From Candidatus Nanopelagicales bacterium (GTDB lineage: Bacteria; Actinomycetota; Actinomycetes; S36-B12; UBA5976), in contig DAIRCR010000003.1 in NCBI GenBank assembly GCA_036796575.1, positions 161,359 to 225,358 on the forward strand: a DNA stretch of 64,000 bases, written 5' to 3'. The translations under genes were made by a program, and so were the position numbers. The notes beneath the pieces are model-generated. The model ran no database searches, was not told where the DNA came from, and saw nothing but the letters and a program-made list of their open reading frames with translations. This document shows positions 22,428 to 32,170 of the stretch, in pieces. Position 1 is the stretch's first letter. Each line of letters opens with the position of its first letter.

Positions 22428-23350
22428 TGTTTGCGGCGTCTGCCGAGCCTGATCTAAAGACCGCTGCGCCGGAAGAAACTTCAGACTCATTTGTAGTTTC
22501 CTTAGAAGAATTCTCGGGACCGTTTGATGTACTGCTTTCATTAATTGCTAAGCATCGACTAGATGTAACAGCACTTTCGCTGCACCAAGTAACCGATGAT
22601 TTTCTGGCTTACATCAAAGCGCGCGGAGACGAGTGGACGCTTGATGAGGCAACCGAATTCTTAGTAATTGCTGCAACGCTGCTGGATCTAAAGGCTGCAC
22701 GTTTAATTCCTGGTGGGGAAGTCGAAGACGAAGAAGATATTGCGATTCTCGAGGCAAGAGATCTTTTGCTTGCCCGCTTGTTGCAGTATCGAGCATTCAA
22801 GGAAATGTCGGCTGACTTTAAGCACCGGCTTGCAACGGCTGGTCGTCAACATCCACGGGCGGCTGGACTTGATGAAGAGTTCGCCAAGTTGCTTCCGGAA
22901 GTTGAATTGGGAATGGGCCCGGATGACTTTGCCAACTTAGCCGCTCGAGCGCTGGAACCTAAGTTGCCTGACATCATCTCGGTCGCACACATTCACGCTG
23001 CAAGAGTTTCGGTACGTGAGCAAGCAGCAATCATTGTAGAAAGACTGCGCAGAGTTGGGCAAGCATCATTTAGAACTCTGACTCGCGATTGTGATACTAC
23101 TTTGCTAGTTGTTGCACGATTCTTAGCCTTACTTGAAATTTATCGCGATGGTCTGGTTACTTTTGATCAACCAACACCGCTGGGAGAGCTATACGTTAGA
23201 TGGATCGGGGATGATGACCTTGATGCAAATTCGTTGCGAGAGATTGATGAGTTTGATTCCACTGAAGTGCAAGATTTTAGAACCCAATTGGGTGACGTTG
23301 AAGCTAGCGAGCAAGTAGATGACGAGATAGGTGACCAGCCAAATGAGTGA
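22427..23350 (+). CDS. scpA: Segregation and condensation protein A
   Basis: It has an ScpA kleisin-like N-terminus (LEEFSGPFDVLLSLIAKHRLDV) and is paired with scpB. Confidence 0.88.
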   Translation: MFAASAEPDLKTAAPEETSDSFVVSLEEFSGPFDVLLSLIAKHRLDVTALSLHQVTDDFLAYIKARGDEWTLDEATEFLVIAATLLDLKAARLIPGGEVEDEEDIAILEARDLLLARLLQYRAFKEMSADFKHRLATAGRQHPRAAGLDEEFAKLLPEVELGMGPDDFANLAARALEPKLPDIISVAHIHAARVSVREQAAIIVERLRRVGQASFRTLTRDCDTTLLVVARFLALLEIYRDGLVTFDQPTPLGELYVRWIGDDDLDANSLREIDEFDSTEVQDFRTQLGDVEASEQVDDEIGDQPNE

Positions 23351-23972
23351 CGAAACAGTTGAATTAATCGATGGCGAATCCGCTACTGAAACCGAGCTAG
23401 ACGATGGCATTTCATTAGGTGCACCATCGATCCGCGCTGCACTAGAAGCTTTGTTAATGGTTGCCGAAGAACCAATGAGTTCATCTACCCTTGCGACTCT
23501 GACGCGAACTCCGGAAGAAGTGGTCGTCACTACTCTGCACGATCTTGCACAAGAATACGCCGTTCAAGAGCGGGGTTTTGACTTGCGTGAGCTTGGTGGT
23601 GGCTGGAGATTCTGGACCAGAGATAACTGTGCGCAGGTTGTAGAAAGATTTGTACTTGATGGTCAACACGGCAGACTTTCCCAAGCGGGCTTAGAAACTT
23701 TAGCAGTCGTTGCATATCGTCAGCCGGTTACTCGATCAAGAATTTCTGCAATCAGAGGAGTAAACGTTGACGGCGTAGTTCGCACTTTAGTCACACGAGG
23801 ATTGATCGAGGAAACTGGACACGATCACGAGACTGGTGCGCACCTATATCGCACAACTACTTACTTCTTAGAGCGACTAGGTCTTAAGTCCTTAGATGAA
23901 CTGCCGCCTATCGCCGCACACTTGCCAATGCCTGACAATGTCGAAGAAGTTTTAGATTTAGCGAATAACTAG
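23331..23972 (+). CDS. scpB: Segregation and condensation protein B
   Basis: The motifs EALLMVAEEPMS and LETLAVVAYRQPVTRSRISAIRGV indicate ScpB winged helices. The start is GTG 23331 or ATG 23343, and either overlaps the scpA stop. Confidence 0.88.
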   Translation: MTSQMSDETVELIDGESATETELDDGISLGAPSIRAALEALLMVAEEPMSSSTLATLTRTPEEVVVTTLHDLAQEYAVQERGFDLRELGGGWRFWTRDNCAQVVERFVLDGQHGRLSQAGLETLAVVAYRQPVTRSRISAIRGVNVDGVVRTLVTRGLIEETGHDHETGAHLYRTTTYFLERLGLKSLDELPPIAAHLPMPDNVEEVLDLANN

Positions 23973-23978
23973 CCAGAC

Positions 23979-24710
23979 ATGGAAGAGAACGAAGTTCGCT
24001 TGCAAAAAGTTCTGGCCAGTGCCGGACTTGGGTCGCGGCGAAAGTGTGAGGAGTTCATAACGGCTGGCCGCGTGACTGTTAACGGCGAAGTTGTCGATGA
24101 GTTGGGCTCAAGAGTTGATCCCGACGTTGACATCATTCACGTGGACGGAGTTCGAATCGCGCAAACCAGTGGACATATAGTTGTAGCTTTAAATAAACCA
24201 CGAGGTGTCGTGACGACAATGTCAGATGATCAAGGTCGCGAATGTGTTGGCGATTTAGTGGCCGAGTATGAACAGCGCCTATTTCATGTTGGCAGACTTG
24301 ATGCCGACACTGAAGGCTTACTGTTGTTAACTAATGACGGCGAACTAAGCCAAAGACTTGGTCACCCTTCGCACGGCATCGTAAAGACCTATTTGGCAAG
24401 AGTCTCGGGGCGAGTTTCAAAAGAAGACATTGCACGAATAATTTCTGGGTTTCCGATCGAAGGCGCCCCAGTTGCAGTCACGGATTGCAAGATCTATGAG
24501 AGTGGCAAAAACCAGACCGTGGTGCAAATTTCGATCCATGAAGGTCGCAATCGAATTCTGCGTAAGCTTTTCGACGAACTTGGTTATCCAATTCAAGACC
24601 TGGTGCGAACCAAAATTGGACCGATTTCCCTTGGAAGTTTGAAATCAGGTCACTTGCGCTTGCTGGAAAACCGAGAATTGGGAAAACTCTATAGTTCAGT
24701 TGGGCTCTAG
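23979..24710 (+). CDS. rluB: 23S rRNA pseudouridine synthase, RsuA/RluB family
   Basis: It has an N-terminal S4 domain (RLQKVLASAGLGSRR) and the catalytic motif GRLDADTEGLLLLTNDG. Confidence 0.85.
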   Translation: MEENEVRLQKVLASAGLGSRRKCEEFITAGRVTVNGEVVDELGSRVDPDVDIIHVDGVRIAQTSGHIVVALNKPRGVVTTMSDDQGRECVGDLVAEYEQRLFHVGRLDADTEGLLLLTNDGELSQRLGHPSHGIVKTYLARVSGRVSKEDIARIISGFPIEGAPVAVTDCKIYESGKNQTVVQISIHEGRNRILRKLFDELGYPIQDLVRTKIGPISLGSLKSGHLRLLENRELGKLYSSVGL

Positions 24711-24719
24711 AATCTAACT

Positions 24720-25082
24720 ATGAATGTAAGAGCCATTAGGGGAGCAACCTGTCTGCAGCGCGATGACGCGACGGAAATGGCTGAAGCGGTAACAGAATTA
24801 CTCCTGGAATTAATGTCTCGTAATTCCATTTCAACCGATGACTTAATAAGCGTGCTCTTCACTTCAACACCTGATTTACATAGTGCGTTTCCCGCAGCAG
24901 CAGCGCGTGGAGTTGGACTTGCTGATGTGCCCCTCATTTGTGCTCAAGAAATTGACGTTACAGGAGCTATGGAAAAAGTAGTACGAGTCATGGTTCAGGT
25001 TCAGACCGAACTGCCGAGGTCAGAAATCAAACATGTTTACTTGCGAGGCGCGGAAGCGCTTCGACAAGATATTGCGCAATAA
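24720..25082 (+). CDS. aroH: Chorismate mutase, AroH class
   Basis: The 120-aa product begins MNVRAIRGAT, which is an AroH-type N-terminus. It lies adjacent to tyrA. Confidence 0.8.
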   Translation: MNVRAIRGATCLQRDDATEMAEAVTELLLELMSRNSISTDDLISVLFTSTPDLHSAFPAAAARGVGLADVPLICAQEIDVTGAMEKVVRVMVQVQTELPRSEIKHVYLRGAEALRQDIAQ

Positions 25083-25102
25083 GTCGAATGCAGATTTAAA
25101 TC

Positions 25103-26167
25103 ATGTCTCAGGATAAAAACGTACTTGTTGTAGGCACTGGCCTGATCGGAACTTCAATTGCGCTTGGACTTACGGCGCAAGGACTGAGAGTCTTTCTCTC
25201 TGACATTGATTCCGTTGCACTCGATAACGCAATCAAAGTCAGCGGCGCTGCGCAGTATGCAAATCAGGACATCGCAGTAGTTTTTGTGGCGACACCGCCT
25301 GCGAGTGTTGCCAAAGTAATTGCCGCGGCAGTTGTAGATCACCCAAATGCAGTAATCACAGATGTGGCAAGCGTTAAGGGATCAATATTTAGAGAACTTG
25401 AACAACTAGGCACCCCTGGTTGGGATCGAATTGTTGGTGGACACCCAATGGCCGGCCGTGAAGTTTCGGGCGCAATTGGTGCGCAGGGAAACCTATTTCT
25501 GGATCGCCCATGGGTTATTGCAAGCAGTGACTTAACGTCCCCAGAGGCAATTGCAACTGTTAAAGATTTAGTGGAGTCACTTGGGGCGTTTCCGATTGTG
25601 CGAAGTATCGAGGAACATGACCGAGCTGTTGCCTTGATTTCGCACACACCACAAGTTGTGGCATCCGTTCTCGCTGGTGAGTTAATGGATGCTGAGAGTT
25701 CTTATATAGAACTAGCCGGCCAGGGGATTAGAGACACAATACGAATTGCCGGATCAGAATCGAATCTTTGGACGGAAATCCTGAGTGATAACTCAGAATT
25801 TATTGCCCAACAGGTCACTCAAGTTGCTAATCACTTATTGGAGTTTGCCTCCGCACTCGAAAAGGGCAATCGGGATTCGGTCACTGCAAAACTAATTAAG
25901 GGCAACAAAGGCAGAGATCGGTTACCTGGAAAACACGGATCGTCACAACAATCCACTGCGATCTTGGCGGTTCGACTTGATGACAAACCAGGTGAACTGG
26001 CACGACTATTTACTGCCGCCGCTCAGGCAAATGTAAACCTTGAGGATGTTCGAATCGATCACTCACTTGGACATCCAACTGGATTGGTTGAACTAACTGT
26101 GGCACCAAGTTCAGCTTCAGTTCTAAAGCCCGCGCTGGAACTTGAAGGTTTTGTAGTTATCTCCTAA
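25103..26167 (+). CDS. tyrA: Prephenate dehydrogenase with C-terminal ACT domain
   Basis: It has a Rossmann motif VVGTGLIGTS, the GGHPMAG catalytic region and an ACT-like C-terminus. Confidence 0.88.
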   Translation: MSQDKNVLVVGTGLIGTSIALGLTAQGLRVFLSDIDSVALDNAIKVSGAAQYANQDIAVVFVATPPASVAKVIAAAVVDHPNAVITDVASVKGSIFRELEQLGTPGWDRIVGGHPMAGREVSGAIGAQGNLFLDRPWVIASSDLTSPEAIATVKDLVESLGAFPIVRSIEEHDRAVALISHTPQVVASVLAGELMDAESSYIELAGQGIRDTIRIAGSESNLWTEILSDNSEFIAQQVTQVANHLLEFASALEKGNRDSVTAKLIKGNKGRDRLPGKHGSSQQSTAILAVRLDDKPGELARLFTAAAQANVNLEDVRIDHSLGHPTGLVELTVAPSSASVLKPALELEGFVVIS

Positions 26168-26200
26168 CTCAGTGAATTTTGTAGTTATTTCTTAACTAAG
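26149..26200 (+). repeat. 28-nt-period tandem duplication of the tyrA 3' end (two 24-nt copies, 21/24 identical)
   Basis: TTTTGTAGTTATCTCCTAACTCAG (26149-26172, contains the tyrA stop codon) is repeated as TTTTGTAGTTATTTCTTAACTAAG (26177-26200). Confidence 0.85.
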
Positions 26201-26221
26201 CGACTGGGTAGACTGTTCTAT

Positions 26222-26887
26222 ATGCCCAATCCGCTCATAATCGCCATAGATGGCCCGAGCGGTTCCGGTAAATCCAGCGTTTCCCGTGCGGTAGCAACTG
26301 AATTGGGTCTGGATTACCTAGATACCGGAAGCATGTATCGGGCTATGACCTGGTTTATCCAGGATCTAGGTGTCGACGTTAATGACGCACAAACGGTGGC
26401 TAAGTCGGCACGAGCTGAAGTAATTCAACCAAGTATTGATCCGAGCGAGCCAGGTATCCGAGTCGCTGGTCGTGATGTATCACTTGAAATCAGAGGTCCG
26501 GAAGTTACCCAAGGAGTAAGTGCAGTCAGTGCGGTCCCTGAAGTACGCAAGCTTATGGTCAACCTACAGCGCGAGATTGCTGCGAATTCAAAGACTGGAA
26601 TTGTTGTTGAAGGTAGAGATATCTGCGCTGTTGTGTTGCCAGAGGCACCAGTTCGACTGTTTATTACTGCTGATCCTGAGGCACGAGCAAATCGTCGGGC
26701 CAAAGAAATTGGCGCCGAAGTTACCGCTACTCAATCTGACTTAGAAAAGCGGGATTTGGCAGACTCCACAAGAGCTGTTTCACCACTTGAAGTTGCGCCA
26801 GGTGCTCGGGTAATCGACACCACCTATATGGAACTTAGCGAAGTCATTGCCCAAGTAGTAGACATTGCGAGGGCAGCACATGGATAA
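26222..26887 (+). CDS. cmk: Cytidylate kinase
   Basis: It has the P-loop [13 protein letters not shown] and a cmk-der arrangement. Confidence 0.93.
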   Translation: MPNPLIIAIDGPSGSGKSSVSRAVATELGLDYLDTGSMYRAMTWFIQDLGVDVNDAQTVAKSARAEVIQPSIDPSEPGIRVAGRDVSLEIRGPEVTQGVSAVSAVPEVRKLMVNLQREIAANSKTGIVVEGRDICAVVLPEAPVRLFITADPEARANRRAKEIGAEVTATQSDLEKRDLADSTRAVSPLEVAPGARVIDTTYMELSEVIAQVVDIARAAHG

Positions 26888-28379
26888 CGAATTAGACCCA
26901 AACGCTGAGACCATCATTTATGACGTTGCGGGTGATGCAATTGAACTCGATGACTCAGTCGAGATTCCAGAGCACTGGGAAGATCTAACTGAATCTGAAT
27001 ACACCGCATTACTTGATCAACTAGGTATTCCGTCCGATGAACTAATGGATGAGCCAGACGACTTATCTAATCTGCCAATTGTCGCCGTTGTTGGACGGCC
27101 AAATGTTGGAAAATCTACTTTGGTTAATCGCATCATTGGCAGACGCGAGGCAGTTGTTGAGGATACTCCTGGCGTCACTCGAGACCGCGTCAGATACGAA
27201 TCCGAATGGAATGGCGTTCCGTTTATTGTGGTTGATACCGGCGGCTGGGAACAAGATGCAGTTGGAATGAGCGCGCAGGTTTCAGCCCAAGCCGAAGCCG
27301 CAATCAATTCCAGCGACGTTGTTATCTTCGTGGTTGACGCGACAGTCGGCGCGACCGATGCTGACGAACAAATCGTCAGAGTCCTGCGCCAAGCGAAAGT
27401 GCCAGTCATCTTGGTTGCAAACAAAGTAGATGATGAACGAGCCGAGTTAGAGGCAACCAGACTTTGGTCGCTAGGACTAGGGGAGCCATACACAGTTTCG
27501 GCGCTCCACGGTCGCGGTAGTGGGGACTTACTAGATGTTGTACTTGCTGCTTTTCCGGAAGACGGTTCTGGCCAAGCGCGCCCACGCGGACCACATCGCG
27601 TGGCGCTGTTAGGCAAACCTAATGTTGGTAAATCTAGTTTGCTAAATGCCCTAACCGGAGAAAAGCGCGCGGTTGTCGACAGTGTCGCTGGCACAACTGT
27701 TGATCCCGTCGATGAATTAGTCGTAATGGATGACGAAGAATGGATCTTGGTTGACACTGCTGGTATTCGTCGCAAATCTAAGAACGCATCGGGACATGAA
27801 TACTTTGCAACACTGCGAACAAAATCAGCACTTGATAAAGCTGACGTTGCAGTTGTCTTACTTGATGCAAGCGCGCCATTAACTGAACAAGATCTTCGAA
27901 TCATTTCAATGGTCGTTGAGTCTGGCCGAGCTTTAGTAATTGCATTTAATAAATGGGATCTAGTTGATGAAGAACGTCGATACTACTTAGAGCGTGAAAT
28001 CGAACGGGACTTAGTACAAGTTGCTTGGGCGCCTCGAATTAACTTCAGCGCAAAAACAGGTTGGCACAAAGATCGTCTGGTTCCTGCGTTGCGCTCTGCC
28101 ATTGCCGGCTGGGAAACTCGTGTTCCTACTGGTCGCATGAACGCATTTCTGGCAGAGATCGTGGCAAGCCATCCGCACCCCGTCCGTGGTGGTAAACAGC
28201 CAAAGATTTTGTTTGGAACTCAAGCCAGTGTGGCTCCGCCAGTTTTTGTGCTCTTTACATCTGGGTTCCTCGAGGCTGGATATCGCCGATTTGTCGAGCG
28301 CAGATTCCGTGAGGAATTTGGCTTTGTCGGGTCTCCAATCGTGATAAACCTACGAATTCGGGAAAAACGTCGTCGCTAA
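26880..28379 (+). CDS. der: Ribosome-associated GTPase Der (EngA) with an acidic N-terminal extension
   Basis: It has two GTPase domains ([18 protein letters not shown]) and a C-terminal KH-like domain. ATG 26880 overlaps the cmk stop. Confidence 0.93.
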   Translation: MDNELDPNAETIIYDVAGDAIELDDSVEIPEHWEDLTESEYTALLDQLGIPSDELMDEPDDLSNLPIVAVVGRPNVGKSTLVNRIIGRREAVVEDTPGVTRDRVRYESEWNGVPFIVVDTGGWEQDAVGMSAQVSAQAEAAINSSDVVIFVVDATVGATDADEQIVRVLRQAKVPVILVANKVDDERAELEATRLWSLGLGEPYTVSALHGRGSGDLLDVVLAAFPEDGSGQARPRGPHRVALLGKPNVGKSSLLNALTGEKRAVVDSVAGTTVDPVDELVVMDDEEWILVDTAGIRRKSKNASGHEYFATLRTKSALDKADVAVVLLDASAPLTEQDLRIISMVVESGRALVIAFNKWDLVDEERRYYLEREIERDLVQVAWAPRINFSAKTGWHKDRLVPALRSAIAGWETRVPTGRMNAFLAEIVASHPHPVRGGKQPKILFGTQASVAPPVFVLFTSGFLEAGYRRFVERRFREEFGFVGSPIVINLRIREKRRR

Positions 28380-28540
28380 CGGGCTACAAATGTCGGATTT
28401 TGTTGAAATTCAGTGGCTTCCAGGTAACGAACCCGTAACTCCTGCAGATCTAGACTCGTTTACCTTGAATTATCAAGGCTTTTACAGTTACTTTAGGGAT
28501 GCCCGAAAAGAATTCGTCGGGCCAACGAGAGGAAATACAA

Positions 28541-29776
28541 ATGATCAAGCCGATCAAAATCGGTGCACTAGCTGTTGCTGGCGCACTTGCACTTGCTGCT
28601 TGCAGCGGTGGCAGCGGTTCTGCTGGTGGCGCACTTGTAGTGGGTACAGATCTTCCATTGCAGGGTGCATCAGCTGATGCGAGCAAGTCAACCAACGAAG
28701 TCGCAGCACTTGTTCTTGAACAAGCTGGCGGCAAAGCTGGAGACTTCGCTGTCGAAATCAAGGAATACGATGACTCAACAGCTGCTAAAGGCTCATGGGA
28801 TGACGCACAGTGCTCAAAGAATGCGTTAGATCACGTAGCTAACGAAAATCAAGTTGCTGTTATGGGTACTTACAACTCCGGTTGTGCAAAGATCATCATC
28901 CCAGTTCTTAACGAAGCTGGTATGCTAATGGTCTCCCATGCAAACACTTACCCAGGTCTAACTATCGAGTGGGATAAGGGCGAACCAGGTCTTTACTACC
29001 CAGGTGGAGCTCGTAACTACGCTCGCGTAATTGCACACGACGGTTTCCAGGGAACTGCTGCTGCTCGTTTCTTGTTTGACGAAAAGGGTGTAAAGACTCT
29101 TGCTGTTATCGATGACACTCAGGCTTATGGCAAGGGTATTGGCGATGCAGTTCAGAAAGAATTTGAAAAGCTAGGTGGAACTGTTAACCGTTACGGTTGG
29201 GATGCCAAGCAATCCTCATACATTTCAACTTTTGAGAAGATCAAAGCTGATGGATCAACCGCTGTTTACTACGCAGGTATTTATGACCTAAATGGTGGAC
29301 AACTTGTCAAGGACAAAGTAACTGTTCTTGGCGATAACGAAACCTTCTTGGCAATGGCTCCAGACGGCTTCTCTGGCTACCCAGAGCTTCGTGAATTGGA
29401 ACAGGGTCAGGGTCTTTGGTTGACATTTGCTGGCAAGTCACTTGATGGCATCATCAAGGGTGGCGGCGCTCCAGCTAAGTTCATCGAAGATTACAAGGCC
29501 AAGTACGGCGCAGTGCCAAACAGCTCATACGCAGTATATGGTGGCGTGGCAATGCAGGTTATCCTTAAGGCAATTGCAGCATCAGACGGTACCCGTCAGG
29601 GTGTTCTTGATGCAGTCTTCAGTGGCGAACAAATTTGCCTTGAAGAGACTGAGTCAATCGCTGGTATGGGCTTCTGCATCAACCAGGAAAATGGTGACGT
29701 CGACACTGTTGTAATGACCTTGCAGCAGATGGTTGATGGAGCCGAAACTGACGTAAAGGTTCTGCCTGCAATCTAG
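28541..29776 (+). CDS. Lipoprotein, Liv/BraC-type (PBP1) ABC substrate-binding protein
   Basis: ATG 28541 follows the RBS GAGAGGAAA. The signal peptide plus lipobox reads LALAACSG. The mature protein resembles branched-chain amino-acid binding proteins, and livHMGF follow it. Confidence 0.85.
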   Translation: MIKPIKIGALAVAGALALAACSGGSGSAGGALVVGTDLPLQGASADASKSTNEVAALVLEQAGGKAGDFAVEIKEYDDSTAAKGSWDDAQCSKNALDHVANENQVAVMGTYNSGCAKIIIPVLNEAGMLMVSHANTYPGLTIEWDKGEPGLYYPGGARNYARVIAHDGFQGTAAARFLFDEKGVKTLAVIDDTQAYGKGIGDAVQKEFEKLGGTVNRYGWDAKQSSYISTFEKIKADGSTAVYYAGIYDLNGGQLVKDKVTVLGDNETFLAMAPDGFSGYPELRELEQGQGLWLTFAGKSLDGIIKGGGAPAKFIEDYKAKYGAVPNSSYAVYGGVAMQVILKAIAASDGTRQGVLDAVFSGEQICLEETESIAGMGFCINQENGDVDTVVMTLQQMVDGAETDVKVLPAI

Positions 29777-29804
29777 GTAAAACAGTCTGTTTCAACTACT
29801 GTAA

Positions 29805-29843
29805 AGAACTTGAGTGGGATCGAAATGATCCCACTCAAGTTCT
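29805..29843 (+). terminator. Perfect 17-bp stem / 5-nt loop hairpin between the binding-protein gene and livH (partial terminator or mRNA stabiliser)
   Basis: AGAACTTGAGTGGGATC-GAAAT-GATCCCACTCAAGTTCT starts 29 nt after the stop codon. No U-tract follows it. Confidence 0.6.
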
Positions 29844-29928
29844 GCAATAAGCCGCTTTAATGAATAATTTTGATGTTATGCTAATCCAATTCACCAGCTT
29901 GGTGACCACGTAGAGGGAGAATTCGTCG

Positions 29929-30975
29929 ATGACCTCGGTTACATCGGGTGTGGCTCGAAAGAAATCAATCACTCCAGGCAAGATTCTCATGAAGCTTTCC
30001 ATGCTTTTGATTATCGCCGTAATTGTGTACTGGCTTGGTCTCAACCTTGTTAGCAACCCAACACAGTTTGCCCAAATCACTATCTATGGACTCACAAATG
30101 GCATGCTCTATGCCTTGATTGCACTTGGCTACACCCTGGTCTATGGAATCATCCAGCTAATCAATTTCGCACATGGCGATTTGTTTATGCTCACAGCAGT
30201 ATTTAGTTTTGCAGTTCTGACGAATTTGTTTGGTGCACAAGGTCCTAGTGCCGTTAACTACGCGTTGTTCGCCGTTGTTCTATTGCTTACGATGATTTTT
30301 GGAATGGTCTTGAACGTATCGATCGAGCGTCTGGCTTACCGAAAGCTTCGTAATGCACCACCGCTCGCACCGCTAATTACAGCTGTGGGTGTGTCTTTCG
30401 TGCTTCAGTGGGTTGGCCTGAAGTGGATTGGCTCGCAACCAAAGAATGTTTTGACAGTTATCCCGGATTCGCAATATGAAATCGCAGGGATCATCATTTC
30501 GCTTCGAGGAATTGTGCTGTTCGCAGTAACAATTCCGATTTTGGTTTTACTTGCGTTCATCGTAGATAAAACGCGTCAAGGTCGTGCAATGCGCGCTACA
30601 GCTCAGGACAAAGACGCCTCGCGATTAATGGGAATTGACGTCAACAAGACAATTTCCTTCACATTTGCGATCGCAGGTGCCGCTGCCGGCGTTGCAGGAA
30701 TTATGTATGCGCAGACTATTGGAACCGTTTCATATAACCTCGGTTTTCAACTAGGTCTGATTGCCTTCACCGCGGCTGTACTCGGTGGTGTGGGTAATCT
30801 GTATGGCGCGGTGCTCGGCGGAATTATCATCGGGCTGATTCAGAGTTATAACGATGGATTAAGCGTCGGACCAGGACAGCGCTGGTCGCAGACAATGGTA
30901 TTTACAGTTCTTATCCTTCTCATGGTTTACCGTCCCGGTGGACTTTTGGGCGAAACAGCACAGGAAAAGGTTTAG
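29929..30975 (+). CDS. livH: Branched-chain amino-acid ABC permease LivH
   Basis: The polytopic membrane protein has LivH-type motifs (LINFAHGDLFML). ATG 29929 is preceded by GAGGGAG. The N-terminal ~40 aa are poorly conserved, so the start is uncertain. Confidence 0.85.
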   Translation: MTSVTSGVARKKSITPGKILMKLSMLLIIAVIVYWLGLNLVSNPTQFAQITIYGLTNGMLYALIALGYTLVYGIIQLINFAHGDLFMLTAVFSFAVLTNLFGAQGPSAVNYALFAVVLLLTMIFGMVLNVSIERLAYRKLRNAPPLAPLITAVGVSFVLQWVGLKWIGSQPKNVLTVIPDSQYEIAGIIISLRGIVLFAVTIPILVLLAFIVDKTRQGRAMRATAQDKDASRLMGIDVNKTISFTFAIAGAAAGVAGIMYAQTIGTVSYNLGFQLGLIAFTAAVLGGVGNLYGAVLGGIIIGLIQSYNDGLSVGPGQRWSQTMVFTVLILLMVYRPGGLLGETAQEKV

Positions 30976-30977
30976 CA

Positions 30978-32168
30978 ATGTCAATTACTAACGCACCTGC
31001 TCACACCGCAGTCAATAGCAATAGAAAATGGGCTATCGGCTTTACCTCTGCCGTAGCTGTGATTTTCCTACTCAACCAGTTCGTGCTCCCAAGTGCTCCA
31101 AGCTCTGTGCAGCGATTCTTTAACGCATGGTTCTCGCTCTCCTCGATGGCTGAAATCATGATCTGGATTTTGATGGCTCTCGGTCTAAACATCATTGTTG
31201 GATACGCCGGTCTGCTTGACTTAGGTTATGTAGCTTTCTGGGCTCTCGGTGGGTATGTCGCCGGATGGTTAATGTCGCCGTTCCTTAGCAATTTCCAAAT
31301 CAACTTTTTTGGAAACCCACGTCCTGGTTTAGAGCAAGGTATCCACTTCCACGTTTTCTTGGTACTGATACTCGGAGGAGTTTTCACAGCTATTTGGGGC
31401 GTTATCATTGGTGGCCCAACTCTTCGCCTAAAGAGCGATTACTTGGCCTTAGTAACACTTGGTTTCGGTGAGATCATTCCGCAGTTTATGTTGAATGGTG
31501 CCGACATTGGTGGTTTAAACGTCACTAACGGTGCTCAGGGTATTGGTGGCCTCGATGAAGTCAATATTTTCGGTCACACAATCGGAACTTTCGCGGTTGC
31601 TGAAAAGTTCTTAATGGTCTCTTTAATGGCCGGAGCGATGATCTTCTTCTCGATTCGCTTGCGTGATGGTCGTTTAGGCCGTGCTTGGCTTGCAATTCGC
31701 GAGGACGAACTAGCTGCGAGCATGATGGGCGTGCCACTTTGGCGCACAAAGTTCTCATCGTATGCAATCGGTGCCGTGGGTGGCGGTATCGGTGGCGTGG
31801 GCTTTGCGATTTTGGTTGGTGGTGTTTACGCAGACCGATTTAACTTCGTAATCTCAATCATCATTCTCTCGATGGTTGTCCTGGGTGGCATGGGTAATGT
31901 TTGGGGTGTCGTAGTCGGCGCCACGGTATTGGCGTGGGTTAACTCGGTTGGGTTGGTTCAATTTGGAGAATTGGTCAATAACACATTCAACACAGATTTC
32001 AATTTCCCTTCATACCAGTTCTTGCTGTTTGGGCTTCTTCTAGTTCTTATGATGTTGTTCCGCCGCGAAGGGTTCATTCCAGAAGCTCGAATTCGCTTGG
32101 TAATGAATGAAGAAAAGCTCGAAGACGATGAAAAGGTCTCCGGCGAAACAAAGAATGCGAGCAATTAA
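30978..32168 (+). CDS. livM: Branched-chain amino-acid ABC permease LivM
   Basis: This 396-aa LivM-type permease contains GYAGLLDLGYVAFWALGGY. Confidence 0.85.
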   Translation: MSITNAPAHTAVNSNRKWAIGFTSAVAVIFLLNQFVLPSAPSSVQRFFNAWFSLSSMAEIMIWILMALGLNIIVGYAGLLDLGYVAFWALGGYVAGWLMSPFLSNFQINFFGNPRPGLEQGIHFHVFLVLILGGVFTAIWGVIIGGPTLRLKSDYLALVTLGFGEIIPQFMLNGADIGGLNVTNGAQGIGGLDEVNIFGHTIGTFAVAEKFLMVSLMAGAMIFFSIRLRDGRLGRAWLAIREDELAASMMGVPLWRTKFSSYAIGAVGGGIGGVGFAILVGGVYADRFNFVISIIILSMVVLGGMGNVWGVVVGATVLAWVNSVGLVQFGELVNNTFNTDFNFPSYQFLLFGLLLVLMMLFRREGFIPEARIRLVMNEEKLEDDEKVSGETKNASN

Positions 32169-32170
32169 GT

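Noticed and set aside
27017-27904. A 295-aa ORF antisense to der, which is long for this GC content.
   Set aside because: The product is Ser/Thr/Ala-rich and low in complexity. It lies entirely inside a well-supported gene in a fixed antisense register, which is typical of shadow ORFs. It has no RBS and no recognisable motif.
28390-28677. A Cys/Trp-rich 95-aa ORF in the der/binding-protein spacer, superficially like a peptide precursor.
   Set aside because: The Cys/Trp-rich part is the out-of-frame reading of the Ala/Gly-rich lipoprotein signal peptide of the binding-protein gene (28541 onward). No RBS precedes ATG 28390, and there are no modification enzymes nearby.
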